Source: Chiloscyllium plagiosum
Lineage: Eukaryota
Direction of reading: 5' to 3'
DNA length: 30,593 nt
NCBI RefSeq assembly: GCF_004010195.1
Contig: NC_057719.1
Span: forward strand, 26,779,498-26,810,090
Shown: positions 1-10,402 of the stretch, piece after piece
Layout of the letters: each line of letters starts with the position of its first letter
Position numbering within the stretch: position 1 is the stretch's first letter
The notes under the pieces: model-generated
Databases searched by the model: none
Told to the model about the DNA's origin: nothing
The model's input: only the letters and a program-made list of their open reading frames with translations
Program-made: the position numbers and the translations under genes

Positions 1-599
1 GCATACAGTGTGTTAGGTTTCATTGGTAGAGGATTGAGTTCCGGAACAGCAATATCATGCTGCAACTATACAAAACGCTGGTGCGGCCACACTTGGAATA
101 TTGTGTACAGTTCTGGTCCCCATATTTCGGGAAGGATGTGGAAGCATTGAAGAGGAGATTTACCAGGATGTTGCCCGGTCTGGAGGGAAGGTCTTATGAG
201 GAAAGGCTGAGAGACTTGAACCTGTTCTCATTGGAAAGAAGGCAGCTAAGAGGGGATTTGATAGAGACACACAAGATGATCGGAGGATTAGATAGGATAG
301 ACAGTGAAAGTCTTTTTCCTAGGATGATGACGTCAGCTTGTATGAGGGGGCATAACTACAAATTGCAGGGTGATAGATTTAAGACAGACGTCAGAGGCAG
401 TTTCTTTACACAGAGAGTGGTAAGGGCCCTACCTGCTCGTGTAGTCAACTCAGCCACATTAGGGAGATTTAAACAATCCTTGGGTAAGCACATGGATGAT
501 TTTGCGATAGTGTAGGGGGACAAGCTAAGAATAGTTCACAGGTCGGTGCAACATTGAGGGCCGAAGGGCCTGTTCTGCACTGTATTGTTCTATGTTCTA
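1..599 (+). mobile_element. CR1-clade LINE (HER1-like) 3' end: C-terminus of ORF2 plus 3' UTR; truncated by window start
   Basis: ORF 57..515 has CR1 ORF2 C-terminal motifs (LYKTLVRPHLEYCVQFWSP; LFSLERRQLRGDLIE; FFTQRVV). The 3' UTR has the GGCCGAAGGGCC stem-loop and ends in a TTCTATGTTCTA tail. Confidence 0.92.
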
Positions 600-1226
600 A
601 ATTCCTGAACACTAAAGCGTAATGCCTAAAGGAATTAAGGTAAAGGCGACAGTAAATTTACAAGAGTAGGCCTATTCTTCAATCCTGCTCCCTCAGCCCA
701 TCATTGGCTACAGTGTCTTGGGCTTCAAGGTTTAAAATCTCCTTTGTAGAAGTAGCACCTCTTCTTACAAAACACAAACACACTCACAGAAGAGAAAAAC
801 AAGTTAAAGAAATCAGGTATTGCAGTAGACACACACTAAGTATTCTTCCACAACACAAAGTGACTAAAAGTCAACTTCATTTGCAAAGACATGTAGGAAA
901 TCAAGTTGTCAGAGAAGCCAAAAATATTAAGTAATAAAAAAAAGCTACTTGGACACAAATATAAAAAGGCCTATAGCTTGCAGCTTTGTTTCCACTCACT
1001 TGCACACTTTCCAATAGCCCAGGGTTTCCTGTACACTTGCAGTTAACTCAGAGTGACACATAAATACAAGTCACTGATTTATTAATTCACATATGAAGTG
1101 TGGAATACCTGGTAGGAGCCACAAAGATAAAAAGGTCAGATTTTTGTATTATCATCAAGCCTCCATAGACCTTTAGAAATATCATGTGGAACCCATTTCT
1201 TGTCAGCTTCCATTTTTAGAGAGATA

Positions 1227-1351
1227 CAAAGGAACCTCAATTATCGGGCATTTGATTATCCGAATATCAGATTATCCGGCAAGATCCAGCATTCAAGTAA
1301 CCAACCGAAATAATGCTCACCAGTGTCCTTCAGATAATCGAGGTTCCTCTG
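1227..1351. mobile_element. Tc1/mariner (pogo/Tigger-like) MITE, 125 bp
   Basis: Terminal inverted repeats CAAAGGAACCTCAATTATC ... GATAATCGAGGTTCCTCTG (2 mismatches), flanked by TA at 1225-1226 and 1352-1353. Subterminal ATTATC(C)G repeats are present. Confidence 0.8.
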
Positions 1352-2004
1352 TATTCTGGAAAATAATTCACACAACTCAAACTCTGCAAAGCCACAAAAA
1401 CACAGTGCTGAGTTCAAACGGTCCCCAGTTTGGCTGCTGCAAGGACTTAACCTAAAATGCTGCAGCCACAAATTGATGAAAGAGCCATGTGCTCTTGAAG
1501 GATGGATACAATCTGTACAACTATTATGACGTGATATTTTTAAGACAAACTGCAGCTGTCATTGGAAGTTTAAAAAAAAAAATCGCCTCTGCAATGTAGT
1601 GCAGGATAACAAAGAACACTAGCATCTGGTTTTGCAGTTTGAGTTCTTTGTTGACATTCCCCCTGAGGCTGATAATACATTATTATGAATGCTTGACAGT
1701 TTCCAATGTTATAATCTCAGTAGGCAGGGACTGAGCTTGTAGTTTGATTGACAATTAAGGCAACTATTTAAAAGTTTGGGTAGAAATTTAAAAAAAAAAT
1801 AAACTAATCGAGATTTGCCTATTTTGGGTACTGGAGGATTAGCTGTGAAGAAGGAGGGGCATCTGGGATTGGTTGGTAGGTATAGGGTGACATTGGCGAG
1901 GAGTGTTTTGGGGCCATGGTGGTTTTAAGGCTGTGAGGACTGCAAGGCTGACCAAATTCTAAAAACATTATGGAGTCCTAGAGAAGCCTCTAGCCAGCAC
2001 ACCT

Positions 2005-2182
2005 TGGTACTCATTCAGCCCATTGAGTCTCTACTGACCCTCCAAAAGGACATCCCACCCAGACCCACTCCCCCACCCTATACCCATAACCCCACATTTA
2101 CCATTGTTAATCTACCTAACCTGGACACTATGGGTGATTTAGAACAGCCAATCCACAGCCTTTGGAATGTGGGAGAAAACCC
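2005..2182 (-). mobile_element. Degenerate HE1-like V-SINE 3' portion
   Basis: The reverse complement resembles the 3' half of the SINE copies at 12063 and 21717 (GGTTT..CTCCCACA.TCCAAAG; GGGTCTGGGTGGG; TTGGAGGGTCAGT). Confidence 0.65.
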
Positions 2183-2305
2183 ACCTCCTAATGAACACAT
2201 CAATTGTTGCGCATTGGAAGACTGCTCAACTATTTCTTGGCATGTCTGACGAACCCTTTGGGGGTCTCCAGATCCCATTTGGAGAAATACTGGCCTAACA
2301 GGACA

Positions 2306-2424
2306 GAGGGATATGCGCCAGGTGCTGGCAGGTGGGACTAGATTGGGTTGAGATATCTGGTCGGCATGGATGGATTGGACCGAAGGGTCTGTTTCAATGC
2401 TGTACATCTCTATGTCTCTATGAC
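2306..2424 (+). mobile_element. CR1 LINE 3' tail fragment
   Basis: GGTGCTGGCAGGTGGGACTAGATTGGG...GGACCGAAGGGTCTGTTTC...CTCTATGTCTCTATGAC matches the 3' ends at ~21540 and ~27610. Confidence 0.85.
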
Positions 2425-2429
2425 CAGTG

Positions 2430-2710
2430 AGAGAGCACCACCATCTCCAAGTTCTCCACCATGCAAGGCACCATCCTGATGTTGAACAGCATTCCCACCA
2501 GTGTCAACTAGCTTAAAAATCCCAGAACGCCCTTCCCCAATAGCACAGTGAATTTACATTTGTTCAAGGGAGGGCAGGTTTTTAAATATTTTAAATGCTT
2601 AGAATGAGATGCAAAATACTAGTTTGCCAAGGCACTTTACAGCCAATGAAACAGCTACACCTCATGGACTGCCGTGGTTCAAGTAAGCAACTCACCACCA
2701 TCCCTCCCAA
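2430..2710 (+). mobile_element. Old LINE 3' fragment, interrupted; same family as the minus-strand copy at 5228-5975
   Basis: CACCATCCTGA and CATGGACTGC.GTGGTTCAAG..GCAACTCACCACCA match the reverse complement of TCAGGATGGTG and CCTTCTTGACCACTACAGTCC at ~5720-5832. Clade not assignable by eye. Confidence 0.5.
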
Positions 2711-5227
2711 TTTCGTAATTTTCAATGACCAAGTGGATGGAAGATTATCAGGAATATGCAGGAATGTAGAGTCGTGGTTAAAAATCAGATCAGCCAAGAT
2801 TTTTTTTTGGTTTTTAATTCACGTGTGGGATGCGGATGTTCTATGATTTACCTACTTTTGACCACCTACATTTCGCTTCTGGGATTGAGAAATCTGGCTC
2901 TATGCTGTGCTCAATACCCTGTTCCCGAAATACAAATAAGCAGTGTACGTTTTAAAGCATGGGGATACGCTGAGGCAAGACATTTTACTGAGGTAAATAG
3001 TTCGAGTCAGGAAAATTTGTTTCATTTTCTTACTAGATAGAGTGGCACGATAGAAGGCAGCATGTCCCAATCTATCACACCCACACTGGCTCTCACCCAG
3101 TAAGTTCTCAGACAAGGCCCAGTGCCATTGAAGCAATAAAGTAAATCCTGTTAGTCTATATAAGACACGTACAAAAATAATGGAAAACCCTTTCAAAGCT
3201 GCAAGAGGTCTTAAAATATTCAAATCTTCAAAAGCTGTTAATATTAAATCCTGCCTTTTTATGAAGCCAGTGCTGTAGCTTTAATACAGCAGATTACATG
3301 ATACTTTTTCCCCTGAATTGCTGAAAAATCTGCTGTTTCCTATCCAAAAAAACCCTGCAAAACCCAATAGGAAGAGCCGCATACCATCATCCATATGTAA
3401 AATGGTGATTTTACTGGCAAGCCCTGTGCTTTATATATAGATTATGTTAAACATTCAACAAATAGCAAATTCTATTTGCATAAAGGTAAACACACTTGAA
3501 TTACACTTGTTACTTCTTACAAATACAAGCATTTAGAACATTGCAACTTATTGTATGATGGCTTGAACTGGAGGCTACTTTTGTAACAAGATTTCAGCTG
3601 CTTAGCTTTTGGTTTGAACAAATCTTTCCTCTTGAAAATTGATTGTCAATACTTAAGTCTGCAATGCCAAATGCCTTATTTTAGTTAACATGGTCAATGA
3701 AATCACAAACGCAAGGGCAACAGAATGAATAACCTATAATATGATACTAACTTCAGTTCATATTTTATATTTTGGTCTTAATTTGGCAAGAGGCCATCTT
3801 AGACACCAATATACAGGAAAAATCATTTCATTTCTGATTCATTGATGTATGAATTAACAAGATTGGCAACATTTAGTTAGTGGTGGATTTCAACAAACAT
3901 TTATCATAATTAAATACAATAAACTCCCATTTACCTGATATACTGTATATATGCAATGGCGATGCTGATTACATGAATTTGCAGATTGTATGAGAATTGC
4001 TCTTCTTGAAACCCAATACAGTGCACTCTTGTGTTCCTTAAACAAAAAAAACTTACCTCTAAATTGGACTGCAACATATTTGCTTGGTTCTGAATACTCT
4101 GATTGTATGTCATTAGGATCATAAAAAGAACTAAAATTTGCGTCTTTAGCAACAATTGTTGTCAAGGCTGAGGAGATGGGGATTTAGGCCTAATTGCCCT
4201 CTGGAATCATTTTTAAATTTTCAATCTTCTCCAATCTTTCACGTATTTCCATTTTCTATTTCAATGTCAAAACCACATGTCCTTGTGTTGGAACTCTTAG
4301 GCAACTTTGTAGATTGGTGGGTGAAAGATTTTGGATAAAATACACAAATTCAACTGGGTGTCATGGGGCCTACATGAGGGGAGACGACAGGCAGCACTAA
4401 GAACTACTACATAGGTGAACATATTCACATTGGAAATTGGCAGTTTTTTGAAGAAACTTGGTAGATTTTCTTTGAAATTTTTCCTGGTTGCATGAGAATT
4501 CCAAACAATGGGGAATGCTGCTTAACCCAGCAAAATACGTTGTTCAATCACACTGTTTAAAGATGTGGAAGTTTAAAAAGTGATATGTATGCTTGGAGGT
4601 TTGAACAAGATTTTCACAAAGTTAATATGTACATGTATGTTACATGGTTATCTACATAGACTGTCCCTGAAAAATATTAACACTTTTGGAGATTAATCTG
4701 AAGTGTCAATAATAAATGGAGTTTAATACATTTGGTGGACTTAAATGAATTGGAGAATCAAAAGATTAGGTGAAATTTTAGTCTCAAGTTTGAAATTTTA
4801 GGGTTTTGAATGATCAAGATTTATGGGGGAGGTTTATTCACTGTTATTCTTAATTTGTACAATGCCTGAATTCCTTCACCAAAAAAAACAGTTCCCCTTT
4901 CCTGTCAAATATAATTCAGCTGCTTACTTGCTACAAACATTCCTTATGGATATTTTCATTTTTGGCTGAGGGGAAGGGAGCAAGATTCAGACAAAAAAGA
5001 TTTAAGTAAAAGGATGAAAATTGGGCATGAAAGGCATGGAAAAAGAACAGAATCAACATATATCAACAAGAATGAGTTTGAGAGTGGAATCTGGTGTAAG
5101 GGAGAGTGTGAACAGAACTTTATACCCATGCCAAGTTTCTCCAGTAATTTCTGTTTTTGTTTTACAACCATCAGAATTAATCAAGCTTTAGGAATTAAAA
5201 ACTAGCCAAGAGATTATTAGGTTATCT

Positions 5228-5975
5228 TCATTCATGGTATGTGGTGTTACTAGCAAGGTCAGCACTGTTCCATTCTGGATTGTAGTCATGATGTGGAAGT
5301 GCTGGTGTTGGACTGGAGTGGACAAGTTGAAAATCACACAACACCGGGTTATAGTCCAACAGGTGTATTTAAAAGTACTAGGTTTTGGAACGCTGCTCCT
5401 TCATCAGGTAGCTGTGCAGCAGAATCATAAGACACAGAATTTATAGCAAAAGATCATAGTGTCATGCAACTGAAAAGACATATTGAACAAACTTAACTTA
5501 ACTTAACAATCTAGGTTTGTTCAAAATGTCATTTCATTTGCACGACACTGTGATCTTTTGCTACAAATTCAGTGTCTTATGATCCTGCTCCACAGTTACC
5601 TGTGGAAGGTAGCACTCCAAAAGCCAGCACTTCCAAATAAACCCATTGGACGATAACATGGTGCTGTGTAACTTTTAAGTTGTCCATTCTGGATTGTAAG
5701 AGGACGCATCACCATGTCACCTTCTTGACCACTACAGTCCTTGTGCATTCACACCCAAAAAGGTAGGGATTTTCTGGATATTGACCCAGCAGCGATGCAG
5801 GATTAATTCTATTTTACCGTGTCAGGATGGTGCGAGCCTTGGAGAGGGAGATTTCAAATGATAGTGTTCACTCATATCTAATGTTCTTGCCCACTCAGCA
5901 GATTTGGAAAGGCTAATCGAAGCAGCCTTAAGTTGTTACAGTGCATTCTGCAGATGACATATGCTGTAGCCATGG
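5228..5975 (-). mobile_element. Old LINE 3' fragment split by a Penelope-like insertion (5285-5682)
   Basis: Similar to 2430-2710 in reverse, and continuous across the 16-bp duplication TCCATTCTGGATTGTA. Confidence 0.5.
5285..5682. mobile_element. Penelope-like element-derived palindromic insertion (inverted pseudo-LTRs) with a 16-bp target-site duplication
   Basis: Arms ~5320-5495 and ~5512-5685 are reverse complements (roughly 80% identical by eye), with an ACTTA-repeat spacer. TCCATTCTGGATTGTA occurs at 5269-5284 and 5683-5698. A decayed hammerhead core CTGATGA-A-GGAGC-AGC-GTTCC-AAAA lies on the minus strand (~5383-5407). Confidence 0.75.
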
Positions 5976-8402
5976 AAAGCATGAATGCCTAAGGTGGCAC
6001 GGTGTGCCAAGGGTTGGCCCCCAGCTTGGTGGCCTTAATTCTTTGCGTGGTTTGACACAATGGAATGACTTATTAAGAGGGTGAACACACCTCTTTATTT
6101 CAGCCTAAGAAAGTGATAAGGTGTGTATCATGGTGTGGACTTCGGGGATGTGGGCTGAAAATTATACTTAAGAATCAAAGTAGTGAATAACATTGAGAAA
6201 TCGGTTTTAAAAGATAGAAGTGGGTGTCAACACCATGTAGACGGAAACCAATTTTTGTTGTAGACGAATCTGCCGAGGGGCAATGACTAATCAGAGGAAG
6301 ATATCAAAGTGTATACTTGGAGTTGACGAAAGGAGAAAAGCTTGCTTTAAGAAAAATATTGAAGATGGTAGTTTTCAAAATGGAGGAAACCAGGAGGTGA
6401 AGAAACCATTTGCAAAGAATAAAAACATTCCAGGAAAATGTTGTTTGCTACAGTAAATTGTTAGAACATAGCATTGATGGTCAAAGTGGAATCTATAAGT
6501 TTTAAAGCTACTTTCGTAAATGAAGGAAAGCATTAAGTGAATTTGGGAAAGAGAATGGGATTGACAAAACAGTACTGCACTTACTCTGAGCAGCATAAAT
6601 TGCCCCATTGATAGTACTGCCAGATTTGGTATTCTACAGACAACTTGGATACCTTAGGAGAATTAAGTCAAATCATTACCATTTTAAAATGTCTAAATTC
6701 TCAAGAAAGTGGGATGACAGTCAACAATTTACAGCGACCATTAGCAAATCTCACAAACAATTCAAAAACAGGATATTTAACTTTATAGTTCAAATACATC
6801 TCAGTTTGATTTGTCAGCAATTTGCACATTGATTAACAAGTGTACAGGACAGCAGTGTGAGGTGCCCCATATAGGATGAAGTATTTTTACTAAAATTAGC
6901 ACGACAGAATAAACAGGATGAGACATCTCAATTGTAAGGAAAGATTATACAACATGGAAAGAATTGTAGTCTCTAAAAATACAAAACATACCTTCAGTAA
7001 GTGCTAAGACCAACTCCAGTGCTAATTTATGAAAAACTGACAATACTGTCTTCAGTAATTATATAGTGTATAATGTGTGACAAAATTATAACCCAAAATA
7101 AAGCAATAACTTTTAAAAGATGCTTGAATTCCCAGTGACCAACTTAAACTGCACAGTATGATTTCACATTATAACACTTTTAGAGTCACAAAACAAAACC
7201 TAAAAGCAACATCTATACTTAGTGGGTAGCTAATACTTTAAATTTAGAGAAAAAGATAACTATTATTGATGTCTTCACATGATGATAACCCCATGCAGCA
7301 CATTAGAGCATACTTACCACAAGAGTGTTTCCTGGAAAAGACTGCAGTCTAAACTCTCCTCTAGTGAGTTCACTTTTCCCTGTTTTTCAGAATTGTAACA
7401 CCTCATAACCAAACATCCTTTCCTTCAAACCAGAGAATTTATGGACTGACTTTAAGTATATATGTCGGACCTGGCTGATTCCATCTCGCAAAATCAAAAA
7501 GATGAAACTTTCCGTGCCCTTCAACTGCCGCGGGTTGCCGTTCTTTGATTAGTGGACAAACATTCTGCCTGGTAGGTAATAAGGAAACCATTCTTTTCTC
7601 TCTACAGACCCCAGCACTGCTCTTCCTAGTCTCTCTCTCTCCCTCATTTTTTATCATTTTGAACTGCTCAAAACCATCTGAGAAAATCTGCTTTTACCTT
7701 TTATGGTGCTCAACCCAAGCATAAGTTTTCCAAGGCAACTAAGTGATATGTACTGGTCACTGGATAGACCTCAGTAGATAACATGATCATTTTTACTCTA
7801 TTTCAACCTAAATTTGAAGACGCAGCTAAACATAGCCACCCTGTAAAACATCATATTTGCAACAGAACTAAGGATACAAGAGAAGTTCAGTGCAAATAAT
7901 AGTGCTCGCCCTCAAAACTTTCAGCCACAAACCAGCATTGGAAAACATTTATCTGCCTGAGCACTTCATAAAACAGATTACAGTTCTCATTGAAATGTTC
8001 AATAAATAGTGTCTAAACATTAATTATTTTTCCATTTGCTTTTTGTTTTGTTAATTTGAAGTGCTTACTGTGAATAAAGTTGAATCTCAGACAAAATATT
8101 CATAACTTTGAAAATGGTTGGTCTCATGGGTCTAGGCAAATCAGATTCCATATCATTAAATATTTAATAAATGTGCTGATGCCTGCATACTAAAGTCAGT
8201 GGAATGTTATAAAGCACATGAAAGAGAGAGATTGCGAGACAGCAATGATTCAAATAAGTTCCTTTGAATTTACATACTCGTGAAATTGTGGTCATTTAAG
8301 ACCAAGTTGAAATTTCAAAAAAAAAAACAAAAGTTAACTACCCCAAAACAATGGACTGAATTGTCTTGGATCAGCTAAATAAAATGCAATACGTTACTAG
8401 TG

Positions 8403-8561
8403 GAGAGCAAATATTAAATTTTTGAGTAAATGACACAAACTACAATTGTTTTTGGTGGTTAAAATGTTTTCAATTAATAAATATCCTTCTGAAGATATAG
8501 ATATATCTGTAAGCATGGTAAGAGGATGAAAATACATCTCAACATTTGACAAATAAAACTG
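8403..8561. repeat. Source copy of a 159-bp inverted duplication (partner at 10244-10402)
   Basis: Its reverse complement equals 10244-10402 at 158/159 positions. Confidence 0.97.
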
Positions 8562-9231
8562 TTTAAGTCAATGCCCTTGATAGAATAGTTATGAAAATTG
8601 ATTAGCATTCCAGAAATAAAACCAAATTTATCTCAAGAATCATATTAGCTAAACTGACAAAAAATGAAAGGGCTGAAAAGGAAATTAGATGTAGTCACAA
8701 GATATTTGCTTTAATCCACAGCAGACTTTCTTAGATGAACAGCACATCTATGGTAATGTATTCATGCAGAGTTTCCTGCTCTCTTTGGTTGCATGATTTA
8801 TCTCGCATAGTAATTGTGCATCATGGTCAATGTGAATCAGTTAGGGACCAATTAAATTTTATTCTAAGGCTATATGTCAGGTTACAGTAACCTATCATGT
8901 GATTCCATCCTTCCTTTACATATACTGTAAACTCAATTTATTGATTGGTGACCAGGTGAATTTACTGAACAGTTTATACAAGTCATATGTCCCAAGCCTT
9001 GATCAGTATTATTATACTTTGTTTTTAAGAACTCCCACAACTTTGTTCTCATAATTAATTTGAACTATTTGTTTTTGAAATGTAAAATATTTTTAAAAGG
9101 TAATTCTAAGTACTCTAGAATTTTCTTCCATAAGTGCTAGTAACATCAGAACAGTATACGTAAACATCTGTAGCAAAATATACAGCAGTAAACATCTTGA
9201 GATAGAACCTGCCTCACAGAGCTCTTCAATA

Positions 9232-9601
9232 ATCATAGAATCCTCCAGTATGGAAACAGGCCCTTTAGCACGACAAGTCCACATAGACCCTCTGAAGACT
9301 AACCCACCTAGACTTATTCCGCTACCTATTACTCTACATTACTTATGCACCTAACCTACACATCCCTGAACACTATGGGTAATTTTACACAGCCAATTCA
9401 CCCAAACTGCGCATCTTTGGATTGTGGGAGGAAACCCAGGTAGATACAGGGAGAATGTGCAAACTCCACACAGACAGACGCCGGACGGTGGAATCGAACC
9501 CAGGTCCTTGACACTGAGGCAGCAGTTTCTGGATTAGTGGTGCTGGAAGAGCACAGCAGTTCAGGCAGCATCCGAGGAGCAGTGCTAACCACTGGGCCAC
9601 C
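9232..9601 (-). mobile_element. HE1-like tRNA-derived V-SINE with a Penelope-derived fragment inserted in its head
   Basis: The reverse complement has a tRNA-like head (GTGGCCCAGTGGTTAGCACTGCT; GGTTCGATTCC), the V-domain GTGTGGAGTTTGCACATTCTCCC and the CR1-like tail GGGCCTGTTTCCATACTG. Confidence 0.88.
9527..9577 (-). mobile_element. Short Penelope pseudo-LTR fragment
   Basis: GTGGTGCTGGAAGAGCACAGCAGTTCAGGCAGCATCCGAGG matches 10083-10123 and is flanked by AGCAGT at 9521-9526 and 9578-9583. Confidence 0.75.
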
Positions 9602-10163
9602 CATTTGAATTAAACCATTCAAATTTAGGAAATTATGAAATATCACAGCACAAGTCAGTTGTTTTGTTGCCTTATCTTGTACTCAGCTTCAAGCTACCCC
9701 GACAAATGTCATGATTTTTATACCCTGCTTGTATTATTCCCATCCCTTACAAGAATTAGTTCGTTTCTGCCCTTTCTTCTCCAAAAGTCAGTGACAGCTT
9801 CTTGGTGAACTGTCCCATAGACAGCAATCCTCGCTCTACTTGGTTTTTTTTCTCTCTATTCGGAAGTGGGTGCTGCAAATGTGATAAGGCTATTTCACAG
9901 CAGGTATCATAACATTGATTGTAATCTTGCTGAACCTTCAAACATTTAATCCCCAGAATTTGGGAATCCTAACAGGTTATTTTCCCCCCCTCCCTTCCCT
10001 AACCCCAGGACAATGATGCCTATTGTATACTTTGGCTGAGATTTAGCTAAATCTGCATTAGCTACAAATTGAAGTCGAGAGTGTGGTGCTGGGAAAGCAC
10101 AGCAGGTTAGGCAGCATTCGAGGAGCAGGAGAGTCGACACCCCGGGCACAACCCCCTCCAACC

Positions 10164-10208
10164 AGGAATTCCTGATGAAGGGCTTATGCCCGAAACGTCG
10201 ATTCTCCT
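10164..10208 (+). ncRNA. Minimal type I hammerhead ribozyme motif (Penelope-associated)
   Basis: CTGATGA (10172-10178), A, stem II GGGC-TTAT-GCCC, GAAA (10192-10195), palindromic ACGT in place of stem III, GUC triplet ending at 10199, and an imperfect stem I AGGAATTC/GATTCTCCT. Activity is not shown. Confidence 0.7.
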
Positions 10209-10243
10209 GCTCCTCAGATGCTGCCTGACCTGCTGTGCTTTTC

Positions 10244-10402
10244 CAGTTTTATTTGTCAAATGTTGAGATGTATTTTCATCCTCTTACCATGCTTACAGAT
10301 ATATCTATATCTTCAGAAGGATATTTATTAATTGAAAACATTTTAACCACCAAAAACAATTGTAGTTTGTGTCATTTACTCAAAAATTTAATGTTTGCTC
10401 TC
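10244..10402. repeat. Inverted copy of 8403-8561 inserted in the Penelope-derived element
   Basis: 158/159 identity (single difference at 10393), with CAG and CTCTC microhomologies at the two junctions. Confidence 0.97.

Noticed and set aside
9885..9925. Minus-strand YDT motif as a possible exon 2 (LYDTAGQ)
   Set aside because: It reads NQCYDTCCE; the flanking residues do not match.
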